Shown here: piece after piece, positions 47,380 through 57,301 of the stretch
How the letters are laid out: each line of letters starts with the position of its first letter
Numbering within the stretch: the stretch's first letter is position 1
From: an uncultured Methanosarcinales archaeon
GTDB lineage: Archaea; Nanobdellota; Nanobdellia; Woesearchaeales; DATDXC01
Direction: 5' to 3'
Assembly (NCBI GenBank): GCA_964510025.1
Contig: CAZDZV010000010.1
Coordinates: 1 to 58,135 of the forward strand
DNA length: 58,135 nucleotides
Translations under genes and position numbers: made by a program
The notes under the pieces: model-generated
Told to the model about the DNA's origin: nothing
What the model saw: the letters and a program-made list of their open reading frames with translations, nothing else
Databases searched by the model: none

Positions 47380-48378
47380 TCAGCTTTTCTCAAAAAGGCT
47401 CCGTATCTTGTCTCCTGTAATCTCTATCGGGTGCTTTCCTATCTTCTCTCTGCTTGCCTTAAGGAAAGGGATGCCTTTCTTGTATTCTCCTATCCATTCT
47501 TTTGCGAATTCCCCATTCTCTACCCTCTCTAAAGCCTTCTTCATCTTTTCCTTGACTTCGGGGCCTATAATCTTGTGCCCGACAGACCACATCCCGTACT
47601 CTGCTGTATTTGAGATTACTTCTGCCATACGTTTTATCCCTCCCTCAATAACCAAATCAACGATCAGCTTCACTTCATGGACACATTCAAAATACGCCAT
47701 TTCAGGAGGATATCCTGCCTCTACAAGAGTCTCGAAGCCTGCCTTCATCAGCTCGACCAAGCCGCCGCACAGCACTGCCTGCTCGCCAAAGAGATCCTCA
47801 TAGGTCTCCTGCTCAAATGTGCATTCAATAACACCGGCCTTTGTGTAGTGCATAGCTTTGGCAAGAGCAAGTGCGATGTCTTTGGCTTTTCCTGAAGCGT
47901 CCTGATGCACTGCAACCAGTGCAGGAACCCCGAATCCCTGAAGATATGCCTTTCTTTCCTCTGTTCCGGGCGCCTTCGGGGCTACCATGATAACATCTGC
48001 CTCTTTTGGAGGAATAATCCTCTTAAAACAAATATTGAATCCATGCGAAAAATACAATGTCTTACCAGATTTCATATGCTGCTTTATCTCTTTTTCATAT
48101 ATATCTGCCTGTATCTCATCTGGAAGAAGTATCTGGAGTATGTCGGCTTTTTCTGCAGCCTCCCCTATAGACATTGTCTCGAACCCATCTTGTTTGGCTT
48201 TTGTCCAGCTTGCATTTGGTGTGCCAGCTATCTTTTCTGTCTCACCAATGATAACTTTCACTCCCGAATCCTTGAGCATATTTGCCTGTGCAGCGCCCTG
48301 AGCGCCGTAGCCGATAGTGGCAACAGTCTTGTCCTTCAGGATGCTCTCGTCAACATCTTCATCGTACATAACTTTCAT
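47380..48378 (-). CDS. ilvC: Ketol-acid reductoisomerase
   Basis: IGYGAQG, LLPDE, SHGFNI, APKAPG, DLFGEQAVLCGG, AYFEC.HE, SNTAEYG. Confidence 0.96.
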   Translation of the reverse strand: MKVMYDEDVDESILKDKTVATIGYGAQGAAQANMLKDSGVKVIIGETEKIAGTPNASWTKAKQDGFETMSIGEAAEKADILQILLPDEIQADIYEKEIKQHMKSGKTLYFSHGFNICFKRIIPPKEADVIMVAPKAPGTEERKAYLQGFGVPALVAVHQDASGKAKDIALALAKAMHYTKAGVIECTFEQETYEDLFGEQAVLCGGLVELMKAGFETLVEAGYPPEMAYFECVHEVKLIVDLVIEGGIKRMAEVISNTAEYGMWSVGHKIIGPEVKEKMKKALERVENGEFAKEWIGEYKKGIPFLKASREKIGKHPIEITGDKIRSLFEKS

Positions 48379-48416
48379 TTTACCAACCTCCTATTTTTCC
48401 TGCTATTTAAAATTTT

Positions 48417-48656
48417 CTATCTCAGATATTTGGCTACGATCATCGTTGAAGTGATTGTAACATCAGGAATAGCCCTTATCTTTTCCGTCAAGATTGAATC
48501 CAGGTCCTCTATCCTGTCTGTCTGTATCCTGGCTATGATATCCCATTCCCCATACAGCTCATTGATATCCTTCAGCTCCCTTAGTTGCTGCAGCTTTTCT
48601 ACAACGTCCCTTTCTGAGCCGACCGTCACCTTTATCAAGATATATGCTTCAGCCAT
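48417..48656 (-). CDS. Stand-alone Lrp/AsnC ligand-binding (RAM) domain protein
   Basis: AYILIKV..G, LYGEWDII, IRAIPDV..TSTMIV; no HTH. Confidence 0.85.
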   Translation of the reverse strand: MAEAYILIKVTVGSERDVVEKLQQLRELKDINELYGEWDIIARIQTDRIEDLDSILTEKIRAIPDVTITSTMIVAKYLR

Positions 48657-48657
48657 T

Positions 48658-49782
48658 TCAGTCACCTATCTTCACAGCAACAGCATCGCCCATATCTGAG
48701 CAGGCATTTTTGCCGCCCAGGTCTTTTGTCCTTATCTTGCCTTCCTTAAGTACTGATTCTATGGAATCGACTACCTGTCTCGCTGCTTTTGGTTCTCCAA
48801 TCTCATCCAACAACATAGCACCTGCCCAGATAGTTGCCAGCGGATTAGCTACATTCATACCTTTGTATTTTGGAGCAGATCCGTGTATTGGCTCAAACAT
48901 AGAGATGCCATCTGGATTTATGTTTCCGCCTGGAGCCAGGCCTAGCCCACCCTGTATCATAGCCCCCAGGTCTGTTATTATATCTCCAAACATATTTGGC
49001 GTTGTGACTACCTTAAACCACTCCGGATTTTTCACAAACCACATCGTTATTGCATCCACAAACATGAACTCCGGCTTTATGTTTTTGTAGGATTTTTGAA
49101 TTTCAACTATCCTTTCTCTCCAAAAGCTATAGATATCAGAAAGAACATTTGCCTTGTCTACAAAATAGGCTGTTTGTGCTTTTTCCTTGTTAGCCAGGTC
49201 AAATCCATATTTTATGACCCTGTCAGCACCTTTTTTGCTCATCACCCCTATCTGAAAGGCTATTTCGTCTGTGTTTTCAATGTCAAGGTCAAATTTAACC
49301 TTGTATAGTTCCCTCAATACCTCAAGATTAGCCTTGTTTTTGCCCGGCTTTTTTCTGCTGCCTATGCCTACGTAGAAATCTTCGGTATTTTCCCTGACAA
49401 CAGTGAAGTTAATGTCTTTTGGAGTTTTGCCTTTTAGCGGGCAGTCTACACCTTCCAGTAGCTTAATTGGCCTAAGATTCACATACTGGTCAAAATAAAA
49501 TCTTGTTTTTAGTAAGATGCCCTTTTCCAAAACACCTGGCTTGCATCTTGGATCGCCCAATGCACCAAGATAGATTGCTTTGCATGTTTGTTTGATCTCT
49601 TTTAGGGTATCTTCTGTTATCAGTTCTCCTGTTTTGAGATATTTTTCAGCGCCATTGTCGTATTCTATCCATTCAATATCAAAGTTATTTTTTTCTGCTG
49701 CCTTATCCAGTACCTTGGTGCCTTCCCTGATGATTTCAGGGACGATTCCGTCTCCGGGTATTTTTGCAATCTTGTATTTCAT
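48658..49782 (-). CDS. leuB: 3-isopropylmalate dehydrogenase family enzyme
   Basis: [45 protein letters not shown]; directly follows leuCD. Confidence 0.88.
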   Translation of the reverse strand: MKYKIAKIPGDGIVPEIIREGTKVLDKAAEKNNFDIEWIEYDNGAEKYLKTGELITEDTLKEIKQTCKAIYLGALGDPRCKPGVLEKGILLKTRFYFDQYVNLRPIKLLEGVDCPLKGKTPKDINFTVVRENTEDFYVGIGSRKKPGKNKANLEVLRELYKVKFDLDIENTDEIAFQIGVMSKKGADRVIKYGFDLANKEKAQTAYFVDKANVLSDIYSFWRERIVEIQKSYKNIKPEFMFVDAITMWFVKNPEWFKVVTTPNMFGDIITDLGAMIQGGLGLAPGGNINPDGISMFEPIHGSAPKYKGMNVANPLATIWAGAMLLDEIGEPKAARQVVDSIESVLKEGKIRTKDLGGKNACSDMGDAVAVKIGD

Positions 49783-49821
49783 TTTTTTTCAATGTTTCCT
49801 GATAGGGAAATTGGGTGGTGT

Positions 49822-50352
49822 TTAGAGCTGTCTATGCCTGTTTCTATCGGAAGTCCCCCGGCTTCCTGTGCGGTTTTTTCCTATGTAGCTAAGCAAGCCT
49901 CCTGCTTTGATTATATCTATAGCAAACTTCGGAAAGGGGGTAAATTTATATTCTTTTTTGTTTTTTGCTTGAATGATAATTCCTTTTTCGATATCTATCT
50001 CCAGTTCATCGCCATCCCTGATTTTCCTCGAAATTCCCTTGCATTCAATTGCGTAAAAACCGTTGTTTATGCAGTTTCTGAAAAATATCCTGGCGAAAGA
50101 GCTGGCTATTACTGCCTTTATGCCGGCACCTCTCAGCGCCCAGACTGCATGCTCCCTGCTAGAACCGCATCCAAAATTATTCCCTGCTACAATAAAATCT
50201 CCCGGCTTCACTTTCTTGACAAAGCCTTCGTCTAGGTCTTCCAGCGCGTGCTGAGCCAGCTCTTCTTCATTGTCTGTGTTGAGGTATCTTGCAGGAATGA
50301 TTAGATCTGTATCTATATCATCTCTGTTGTAGACATGGGCTTTGCCCCTCAT
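49822..50352 (-). CDS. leuD: 3-isopropylmalate dehydratase small subunit
   Basis: [33 protein letters not shown]. Confidence 0.93.
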   Translation of the reverse strand: MRGKAHVYNRDDIDTDLIIPARYLNTDNEEELAQHALEDLDEGFVKKVKPGDFIVAGNNFGCGSSREHAVWALRGAGIKAVIASSFARIFFRNCINNGFYAIECKGISRKIRDGDELEIDIEKGIIIQAKNKKEYKFTPFPKFAIDIIKAGGLLSYIGKNRTGSRGTSDRNRHRQL

Positions 50353-51614
50353 TTTATGTACCTCCTCGGATCTGCAATCTTCCCTTCAATAGCTGATGCA
50401 GCTACTGTTGCTGGTGATGCCAGGTAAACCTCAGATTTCGGATGGCCCATCCTCCCCACAAAATTCCTATTGGTTGAGGAGATGCATCTCTCTCCTTCGG
50501 CCAAGATGCCCATATGGCCTCCAAGACATGCACCGCATGTAGGTGTAGAGACAGCTGCGCCAAAGTCCATGAATATGTCAAGCAAACCTTCATGGTTTGC
50601 CTGTTTCCAGATTTCTGTCGTTGCCGGCACTACAATCATCCTTGTATCCTTGGCAATTTTTTCACCTTTTACTGTCGCGGCCGCTATTCTTAAGTCTTCT
50701 ATCCTTCCATTTGTGCAGCTTCCGAGCCATGCCTGGTCAATTTTGATCCCTTTGATCTCTGAGACTGGTCTTCCGTTGCTGGGCAGGCTAGGCAGTGCAA
50801 CTACTGGTTCTAGTTTTGAGATGTCACATTCCTTAACATGGGAATATTCAGCATCCTTGTCAGATCTGACTATCTGATATTTCTTTTCAGTCCGCTTCTT
50901 AACATAGCCTGCAATCTTTTCATCTGCTTCCATTATGCCGGACTTAGCTCCTGCTTCTATTGCCATGTTTGTTATTGTCATCCTTGCCTCTACTGAAAGC
51001 TGCCTTATTGCAGGACCAGTAAATTCCATTGCCTTGTACAAGGCCCCATCTACCCCGATGTCAGATATTATGTGGAGTATTATATCCTTAGAGTACACGC
51101 CTCTGGGCAACTTCCCATCTAGTACAAATTTCATAGACTCCGGAACCTTGAACCATAGATTTCCTGTGGCTAAGGCCGCTGCAAGATCTGTCGAGCCGAC
51201 ACCTGTTGAAAAGGCTCCGAAAGCGCCATATGTACAAGTATGAGAATCAGCGCCTATGATCAGTTCGCCCGGCAAGATGTGGCCCTGTTCGGGCAGCAAG
51301 GCATGACAGACACCATGTTTTCCCACTTCGTAATAATTCTTGATGTCGCATTTCTGCACCCAGCGCCTCAGCCTTCTGGCAAGCTCTGCCGACTTAATAT
51401 CCTTGTTAGGGACAAAATGATCCGGCGTCACTATCACCTTTTCTTTGTTGAATACCTTGTTAATGCCCCTTTCATCTAGCATAGAAATTGCAGGGGGGGT
51501 CGTCACATCATGGCACATTATTATATCTATAGCTGCATTGATTATTTCTCCAGGCTTCACAGATTCCTTATCAGAGTGTTGGGCCAGTATCTTTTCAGTT
51601 ATTGTCATTGACAT
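50349..51614 (-). CDS. leuC: 3-isopropylmalate dehydratase large subunit
   Basis: [47 protein letters not shown] 51614 is 30 nt from the TATA box. Confidence 0.94.
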   Translation of the reverse strand: MSMTITEKILAQHSDKESVKPGEIINAAIDIIMCHDVTTPPAISMLDERGINKVFNKEKVIVTPDHFVPNKDIKSAELARRLRRWVQKCDIKNYYEVGKHGVCHALLPEQGHILPGELIIGADSHTCTYGAFGAFSTGVGSTDLAAALATGNLWFKVPESMKFVLDGKLPRGVYSKDIILHIISDIGVDGALYKAMEFTGPAIRQLSVEARMTITNMAIEAGAKSGIMEADEKIAGYVKKRTEKKYQIVRSDKDAEYSHVKECDISKLEPVVALPSLPSNGRPVSEIKGIKIDQAWLGSCTNGRIEDLRIAAATVKGEKIAKDTRMIVVPATTEIWKQANHEGLLDIFMDFGAAVSTPTCGACLGGHMGILAEGERCISSTNRNFVGRMGHPKSEVYLASPATVAASAIEGKIADPRRYIK

Positions 51615-51649
51615 ACAGAACAATAAATCCTGCACATATATAAATATAT

Positions 51650-51670
51650 GTTGTACTATTTATGTACAAC
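51650..51670. promoter_or_regulatory. Palindromic operator GTTGTAC-N7-GTACAAC between divergent leuC and TrmB-like promoters
   Basis: GTTGTAC TATTTAT GTACAAC, with the same arms, spacing and TATA-adjacent context as at 38933. Confidence 0.78.
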
Positions 51671-51711
51671 TTTTGGAAAAATTTAAATATCCTGTCACTC
51701 TACCAATGAAT

Positions 51712-52434
51712 ATGGAACCTGTACTGATAAAGGCCGGATTGACATCAAATGAATCAGCCATATACCTTCTGCTGCTGAAATCAGAGGAAGCTATTGCATC
51801 TGACATAGCCAAAAAGACCAACATATCAAGACCACACGTATATGATTCTATAAACAGGCTTATAGAAAAGGGGCTGGTATCTTATGTGATAAAAAACAGC
51901 AAAAAATACTTCAGGGCGGCAAATCCGGAGGAACTCATAAACTATATGGACGAAGAAAAGGACAAGATTGAAAACAAGAAAAAAGACATCAGGAAGATCC
52001 TGCCTGATTTAGAGAAGATCCATAAAGATAAAAAAGCAAAAACATCTGTAGAAGTATTTGAGGGCAAAGAAGGCCTGAAGACCGTGCTTATGGATATTGT
52101 CAACTATGGAAAAAATTTTATCGCTTTCGGAGCTACCCACAAATTCGAAGAGGTCCTTCCTGTATTTTCCAAGATATTTGTAAAACGAAGAGAACAGAAG
52201 AAGATATACGGCAATATACTGGTGGTCAAGGGGGAGAAGCCTGTGAAAACCAGGATGAACAATTACAGGTGGATACCAAAGGAGTACTCGATGCCCAGCT
52301 CTACAATCATTTACGGCAACAAGACAGCGACGCTCCTATGGAGCGGCATCCTCGGCATAGTGATAGACAGCAAAGAGGTCGCTGATTCATACAGAAGCTA
52401 TTTTAAGCTGCTGTGGAAGATTGGGAAGGAATAG
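51712..52434 (+). CDS. TrmB-family transcriptional regulator
   Basis: GLTSNESAIYLLLL...DIAKKTNISRPHVYDSINRLIEKGLV (TrmB HTH), VEVFEGKEG, C-terminal effector domain (IYGNK...SYFKLLW). TATA at 51682, 30 nt before ATG 51712. Confidence 0.88.
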   Translation: MEPVLIKAGLTSNESAIYLLLLKSEEAIASDIAKKTNISRPHVYDSINRLIEKGLVSYVIKNSKKYFRAANPEELINYMDEEKDKIENKKKDIRKILPDLEKIHKDKKAKTSVEVFEGKEGLKTVLMDIVNYGKNFIAFGATHKFEEVLPVFSKIFVKRREQKKIYGNILVVKGEKPVKTRMNNYRWIPKEYSMPSSTIIYGNKTATLLWSGILGIVIDSKEVADSYRSYFKLLWKIGKE

Positions 52435-52698
52435 TCAGCCAAACCTATAATATTTCCTTATCGGCTCTTTGATTTTCCAGGTGCATTTAAGGCCCTCTGG
52501 AAAGACAACAAAATCACCTTTTCCAAAGCTTGCCTTTTCTCCGTCTTCCTGGATTACCTCTGCCTTCCCTTCAAGGATGAGGCATGTCTCTTTTTCGTCA
52601 TAGCTCCATGGAAACTCTGAGACTTCTTTCTGCCAGATGCCCCATGACTCAGCTTCTTTCTTCTCATGGTCAGATGGCTTCCTGATCTCTATTTTCAT
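52435..52698 (-). CDS. Cupin_3 / DUF861 family protein
   Basis: WGIWQKEVSEFPWSY..ETCLILEG...GD.VVFP.G..CTW.I..PIRK.Y. Confidence 0.88.
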   Translation of the reverse strand: MKIEIRKPSDHEKKEAESWGIWQKEVSEFPWSYDEKETCLILEGKAEVIQEDGEKASFGKGDFVVFPEGLKCTWKIKEPIRKYYRFG

Positions 52699-52747
52699 CT
52701 TTATTTAGTAAAAACTGAAATATTTATATATTTTTTCATATTAGGGG

Positions 52748-53359
52748 TTGCTTATGCTGACTGAGATAGTAGCTTTTTTGGTTATGTTGAATCCGTTTGC
52801 CTTGTTCTTATATCTAGAACCGGTAATGGAGCAGCTAAAGGACAAAATATTCTACAAAGTGCTCCTCAGAGCCAGCCTAATATCCCTAGCAATATTCTTT
52901 GTCTTCCTTCTATCCGGCACTTTCCTTTTTGAAAACGTTTTCAGAATCGACTTTGAGGCTTTCAGGATATTCGGGGGCATTGTAATATTCTCTTTTGCTT
53001 ACTTTTATATCGTAAAGGGGCATAAGGCGCTTATCACCATGAAAGAAAATCTAGATGACCTTGCCGCTGAGATTGCCCTGCCATTCATGATAGGTGCCGG
53101 GACCATCTCATTGACAATCATCATGGGAAAGATGTTTGACATGCTAAGCGGACTTCTGCTCCTGATAGCAATCCTAGGGACCAACTACCTGATAATAATG
53201 TTCCTGAAATACCTAAGAGACAATCTGGCCAAAAAGAAGCTGAAGATAGCATTTGACAAGAATATGGAGATATTGCTAAGGCTAAATGGTTTTTTTGTAG
53301 GAGCTATCGGGGTAAATATGGTACTAACAGGGATACAAAATATAATGCTAGCCCCTTGA
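52748..53359 (+). CDS. MarC family integral membrane protein
   Basis: NPF, FRIFGGI, ALPFMIGAGTIS, RLNGFFVGAIGV; about 6 TM segments. Confidence 0.85.
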   Translation: MLMLTEIVAFLVMLNPFALFLYLEPVMEQLKDKIFYKVLLRASLISLAIFFVFLLSGTFLFENVFRIDFEAFRIFGGIVIFSFAYFYIVKGHKALITMKENLDDLAAEIALPFMIGAGTISLTIIMGKMFDMLSGLLLLIAILGTNYLIIMFLKYLRDNLAKKKLKIAFDKNMEILLRLNGFFVGAIGVNMVLTGIQNIMLAP

Positions 53360-53836
53360 AACTGCGGTTACGCCTGTCCTCGATATCTCTTTTATTCCGA
53401 ACTGCTTCATGAGGTCAATGAAGGCGTCTATCTTAGCTGGCTCACCTATCAGCTCTGCTGTTACCGATTTCTGTGTGATATCAACTATCTTAGTCTTATA
53501 GATTTTGGTGTACCTTAAAATCTCTTCTTTGGCCTTTTTGTTCGGAATTGCCACCTTGATGAGGCAGAGCTCACGGATAACTGACCTATCCTCCGGCATC
53601 TCGATAACTTTTATTGTGTCTACCAGCTTATTCACCTGCTTTTCTACCTGCTCGAGCGTGGCATCATCCCCGATAACTGTAAAAACCATCTTGCTGATGC
53701 CTTTCTTTGTCGTCTTTCCAACTGTTATAGTGTCTATGTTAAACCCTCTTCTGGCAAACATGCCTGCAATCCTTGTCAGAACCCCTGGCTGATCCTCAAC
53801 CAGCATAGCAATCACATGACGTCTTTCCTTGCTCAT
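53348..53836 (-). CDS. ilvN: Acetolactate synthase small (regulatory) subunit
   Basis: LVEDQPGVLTRIAGMFARRGFNI, EQVEKQVNKLVD, REL.LIKV, EISRTG. Confidence 0.95.
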   Translation of the reverse strand: MSKERRHVIAMLVEDQPGVLTRIAGMFARRGFNIDTITVGKTTKKGISKMVFTVIGDDATLEQVEKQVNKLVDTIKVIEMPEDRSVIRELCLIKVAIPNKKAKEEILRYTKIYKTKIVDITQKSVTAELIGEPAKIDAFIDLMKQFGIKEISRTGVTAVSRG

Positions 53837-53837
53837 T

Positions 53838-55553
53838 TTATTCACCTTTGAAAAATTTTCCAGGAGCGGCCATACAACCACCAAAAGCATCCTTTATGTG
53901 GCCTCCGGGCGGCAGCATCGGCAGAATATTTGATTCTTTTTCTATCAATACATCTATCAAGGTTGTCTCTTTGTTCTTTAGTGCCTTTTTCAGCGAAGGA
54001 ACCAGCTCCTCTTTCTTCTTGACCTTAATGCCGTCCAAGCCGTAGGCCTGCGCAACCTTTACAAAATCTGGACTTTCCCCTAGTGAAACTTCTGAATAAC
54101 GCTTTTCAAAGAACAGTTCAAGCCACTGCCGGACCATGCCAAGCCACGAATTGTTCATTATAATGGGGATGACTTTGATCCCTGCTTCCTTTACTGTCGC
54201 CAGCTCCTGGATAGTCATCTGGAAAGATCCATCTCCATCTACCAGAAAAACATTTGCATCTGGTTTAGCTACCTTTGCGCCGATGGCTGCCGGAAAGCCA
54301 AAACCCATTGTTCCTGCTCCGCCAGAGCTGATGAATGTCCGGGGCTTCCTAAGCCTCAAGAAATGCCCAGCAAACATCTGATGCTGCCCTACTCCTGTTA
54401 CAACTATATCATCAGGCTTCAAAACTGAATTCAGCGCCTGCATCACATCTTTAGGGTGGATCCTTGCTGTTTTTGGCACTTCGACGCATCGGTCGCAGCA
54501 AGCCTTGAATTCCTTTATTTCACTAATCCATTTTTCTTTCGGCTTTGGCTTAAGTTTCTTAAGCTCCCTGACCAGCTCCACTAGGACATTCTTTGCATCT
54601 CCAACTATAGGTATATCTACAGAAACATTCTTTCCTATCTCAGCCGGATCTATGTCAGCATGGATTACCTTAGCATTTTCTGCATAGGTCTTCAAGCTGC
54701 CTGTAATTCTGTCAGAGAACCTGCAGCCTAAAGTGATAAGAAGGTCGGTCTTTACAGTAGCATAGTTGGCTATTTTCCTTCCGTGCATCCCTACAGAGCC
54801 AAGACTAAGCGGATGATATTCGTCAAAAACCCCTTTGGCCATGTATGTAGTTGTAACCGGTATCTGTGCAAGATCTACGAGCTCGTGCAGCTCTTTTGAA
54901 GCCCCTGATATAAGGACGCCCTGGCCGATTAGCAGCAGAGGCCTTTCAGATGAGACTACAGCTTCAGCTGCCCGCTTAACCTGTAGCGGATTAGGCTTTA
55001 TTGTAGGCTGAAATCCTGGAATCTTGATTTCCTTTGGAAATGGCTCTGTCACTTCACCGGATTGAGTGTCTTTGGGCAGGTCTATGTAGATGGGGCCTGG
55101 CCTGCCCTCAGTGGCAATCTTGAAAGCCTTCATGACTGTTGAAGCCATCTGATTTGGAGACCTAACCTGAAAATTATGCTTGGTGATAGGCAGGGTGATG
55201 CCCATCATATCTGTTTCCTGGAATGCATCATTTCCGATCAAGGCAGTTGGCACCTGACCGCCCAGTGCAATAATAGGAACAGAATCCATATAAGCATCTG
55301 CTATACCTGTGACTAAGTTGCAGGCTCCTGGCCCAGAGGTCGCTATGCATACAGCCGGCTTTCCAGATGCTCTTGCATATCCTTCTGCAGCATGCGCTGC
55401 AGCCTGCTCATGCCTAACTAGGACATTCCTAATCTTTCCTTTATAATCTAGATAAGCGTCAAACAAAGGTATGACAGATCCACCTGGAAATCCAAATGTG
55501 ACGTCAACTCCCTGTTTGAGCAATGTCTCAACCAATGCGTGTGCTCCATTCAT
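53838..55553 (-). CDS. ilvB: Acetolactate synthase large subunit (biosynthetic type)
   Basis: FGFPGG, RHEQ, TSGPGA.N, DAFQE, GMHG, VGQHQM, GDGSFQM...NN, GMVRQW. Confidence 0.95.
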   Translation of the reverse strand: MNGAHALVETLLKQGVDVTFGFPGGSVIPLFDAYLDYKGKIRNVLVRHEQAAAHAAEGYARASGKPAVCIATSGPGACNLVTGIADAYMDSVPIIALGGQVPTALIGNDAFQETDMMGITLPITKHNFQVRSPNQMASTVMKAFKIATEGRPGPIYIDLPKDTQSGEVTEPFPKEIKIPGFQPTIKPNPLQVKRAAEAVVSSERPLLLIGQGVLISGASKELHELVDLAQIPVTTTYMAKGVFDEYHPLSLGSVGMHGRKIANYATVKTDLLITLGCRFSDRITGSLKTYAENAKVIHADIDPAEIGKNVSVDIPIVGDAKNVLVELVRELKKLKPKPKEKWISEIKEFKACCDRCVEVPKTARIHPKDVMQALNSVLKPDDIVVTGVGQHQMFAGHFLRLRKPRTFISSGGAGTMGFGFPAAIGAKVAKPDANVFLVDGDGSFQMTIQELATVKEAGIKVIPIIMNNSWLGMVRQWLELFFEKRYSEVSLGESPDFVKVAQAYGLDGIKVKKKEELVPSLKKALKNKETTLIDVLIEKESNILPMLPPGGHIKDAFGGCMAAPGKFFKGE

Positions 55554-55579
55554 TTTTTTCTACCTCCAAAGGCTAAATG

Positions 55580-55609
55580 CACTTTCTCAGTGGTGTTCTG
55601 AGCAAAGTG
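55580..55609 (-). other. Intergenic stem-loop between leuA and ilvB
   Basis: CACTTT-G-CTCAG-AACACCA-CTGAG-AAAGTG: an 11-bp stem with one bulge. Confidence 0.55.
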
Positions 55610-55611
55610 TG

Positions 55612-57165
55612 TCAATGCTGTGCATGTATCCTTTTCTTCTTGAAGTTAAGGGCTTTGTTGATACCTTTTACAAGGGCAACTCCTGAAGCCATGATGATAT
55701 CTTCATTGACAGCTTCTGCCTTAAAGATGTTCCCTTTAGCATCCTGGACCTTGATCGATACATCAGCCAAAGCGTCAGTACCTCCTGTAATTGCCTTAAG
55801 CCCGTATTCCTTAAGCTTGATGGACGGGTCTATCATCCTGCTAATCGCATGAGCCACAGCATCTACGGGGCCAACGCCCCTGCCCCTCCCTGTATTTAAT
55901 TTGCCGTCTATAACCAACGACACAACAGCTTCAGGTGTTGTCTTATTTCCTGCTGTGACCTTTATCTCATCAAGCTTGATGATCTCCTCTTCTTCTGAGA
56001 GCTCCCCTGCTATGTCTGTCGCTATTGCTATTATGTCTTCCCTCATGACTTCTTTCTGCTTGTCGGCCAAATCCTTAACCTTAGCAATTACCCTTTCTAT
56101 CTGGGCTTTTGAAAAATCATACCCCATCTCCTTTAATATGGATTCAACAGCATGCTTTCCGGAGTGCTTACCGATAACTATGTTGGTACCGACCCAGCCG
56201 ATCTCCTCTGGTTTCATAATCTCGTAGGTCTGCTTGCTTGTCAAAATACCGTGCTGGTGTATACCTGCTTCGTGTGCAAATGCATTTCCACCTACAATTG
56301 CCTTGTTTCTCTGTACCTGTAAGCCGGTTAAAGATGAGACCAGCTGAGATGTTCTGAATATTTCCTTTGTTTTTATCCCTGTGGTGAAGCCTCTAAAAAA
56401 ATCCTTCCTGGTCCTTATATTCATCACGATCTCTTCCATGCTGCAGTTACCTGCCCTCTCCCCTATACCATTTATTGTGCATTCTACCTGTGTTGCACCA
56501 TTTTTTACAGCTTCAAGCGAATTAGCCACAGCAAGACCAAGGTCATTATGGCAATGTACACTGATTACCACCTTGTTCTTCTTAATCAAGGTGCCCAGCT
56601 TCTCAAACACATACCGTATCCTATGGCCAAATTCCTCTGGTTCAGCATAACCAACTGTATCAGGTATGTTTATAGTAGTCGCCCCTGCCTCAATTGCTGC
56701 ACGTGCCACATCGCACATATAATCCAGGTCTGTCCTTGCTGCATCTTCTGGAGAAAATTCGATGTCATCACAGTAGGATTTTGCATGCTTGACAGAATCA
56801 ATGGTCATCCGGATTATTTCTTGTTTGGATTTTCTAAGCTTTTTCTGCCTGTGGATATCAGATGTGGCGATGAAAGTATGTATTCTTGGCCTTCCGGAGT
56901 ACTTCACAGCTTGCCAGGTCCTATCGATATCTGCTTTCTTTGTCCTTGCCAATCCGCATATTATAGGGCCTTGGACTTTTTTGGCTATAGCCTTAACTGC
57001 CTCGAAATCACCTTCAGAGCTTATAGGAAAACCTGCTTCGATCACATCCACACCTAACTTGGCTAGCTGCTTCGCTACGATGATCTTCTCCTGATGCGTC
57101 AGAGACGCACCCGGAGACTGTTCTCCATCTCTTAGGGTTGTGTCGAAAATGATAATTTTTGGCAT
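55612..57165 (-). CDS. leuA: 2-isopropylmalate synthase
   Basis: DTTLRDGEQSPG, IEAGFP, HTFIATS, PDTVG, HCHNDLG, GERAGN, HEAGIHQ, C-terminal regulatory domain (GPVDA). SD AAGGTGA before ATG 57165. Confidence 0.94.
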   Translation of the reverse strand: MPKIIIFDTTLRDGEQSPGASLTHQEKIIVAKQLAKLGVDVIEAGFPISSEGDFEAVKAIAKKVQGPIICGLARTKKADIDRTWQAVKYSGRPRIHTFIATSDIHRQKKLRKSKQEIIRMTIDSVKHAKSYCDDIEFSPEDAARTDLDYMCDVARAAIEAGATTINIPDTVGYAEPEEFGHRIRYVFEKLGTLIKKNKVVISVHCHNDLGLAVANSLEAVKNGATQVECTINGIGERAGNCSMEEIVMNIRTRKDFFRGFTTGIKTKEIFRTSQLVSSLTGLQVQRNKAIVGGNAFAHEAGIHQHGILTSKQTYEIMKPEEIGWVGTNIVIGKHSGKHAVESILKEMGYDFSKAQIERVIAKVKDLADKQKEVMREDIIAIATDIAGELSEEEEIIKLDEIKVTAGNKTTPEAVVSLVIDGKLNTGRGRGVGPVDAVAHAISRMIDPSIKLKEYGLKAITGGTDALADVSIKVQDAKGNIFKAEAVNEDIIMASGVALVKGINKALNFKKKRIHAQH

Positions 57166-57207
57166 TATATTCACCTTTAGGTTTAAATTTTATAAAATTT
57201 GTCCTTG

Positions 57208-57237
57208 GCCCTCAGTCCTTGTAGTAAGAACTAGGGC
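57208..57237 (-). promoter_or_regulatory. Attenuator-like hairpin immediately after the leader ORF
   Basis: GCCCT-AGTTCTT-ACTAC-AAGGACT-G-AGGGC, a 12-bp stem starting 1 nt after the leader stop. A second CAAGGAC just downstream offers an alternative pairing. Confidence 0.6.
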
Positions 57238-57238
57238 A

Positions 57239-57301
57239 TCATAACACTAGAAGCAATGAAACTAGCAAAAACCCATTGTCAGCCTTGCCAGTCGATTTCA
57301 T
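57239..57301 (-). CDS. Putative leu/ilv leader peptide MKSTGKADNGFLLVSLLLVL
   Basis: 20 codons; the last 9 are TTG CTA GTT TCA TTG CTT CTA GTG TTA (6 Leu, 2 Val). TATA TTTAAATA at 57326-57333 is 32 nt before the ATG. Directly upstream of leuA. Confidence 0.72.
   Translation of the reverse strand: MKSTGKADNGFLLVSLLLVL

Noticed and set aside
49783..49890. Programmed frameshift at the leuD 3' end (atypical C-terminal tail after an A6 run)
   Set aside because: The LeuD core is complete and the alternative frame gives no recognisable sequence; a lost stop codon is the simpler explanation.
51445..51711. N-terminal extension of the TrmB ORF given in the track
   Set aside because: Antisense to leuC and spans both promoters; the HTH and the TATA spacing support a start at 51712 (or 51706).
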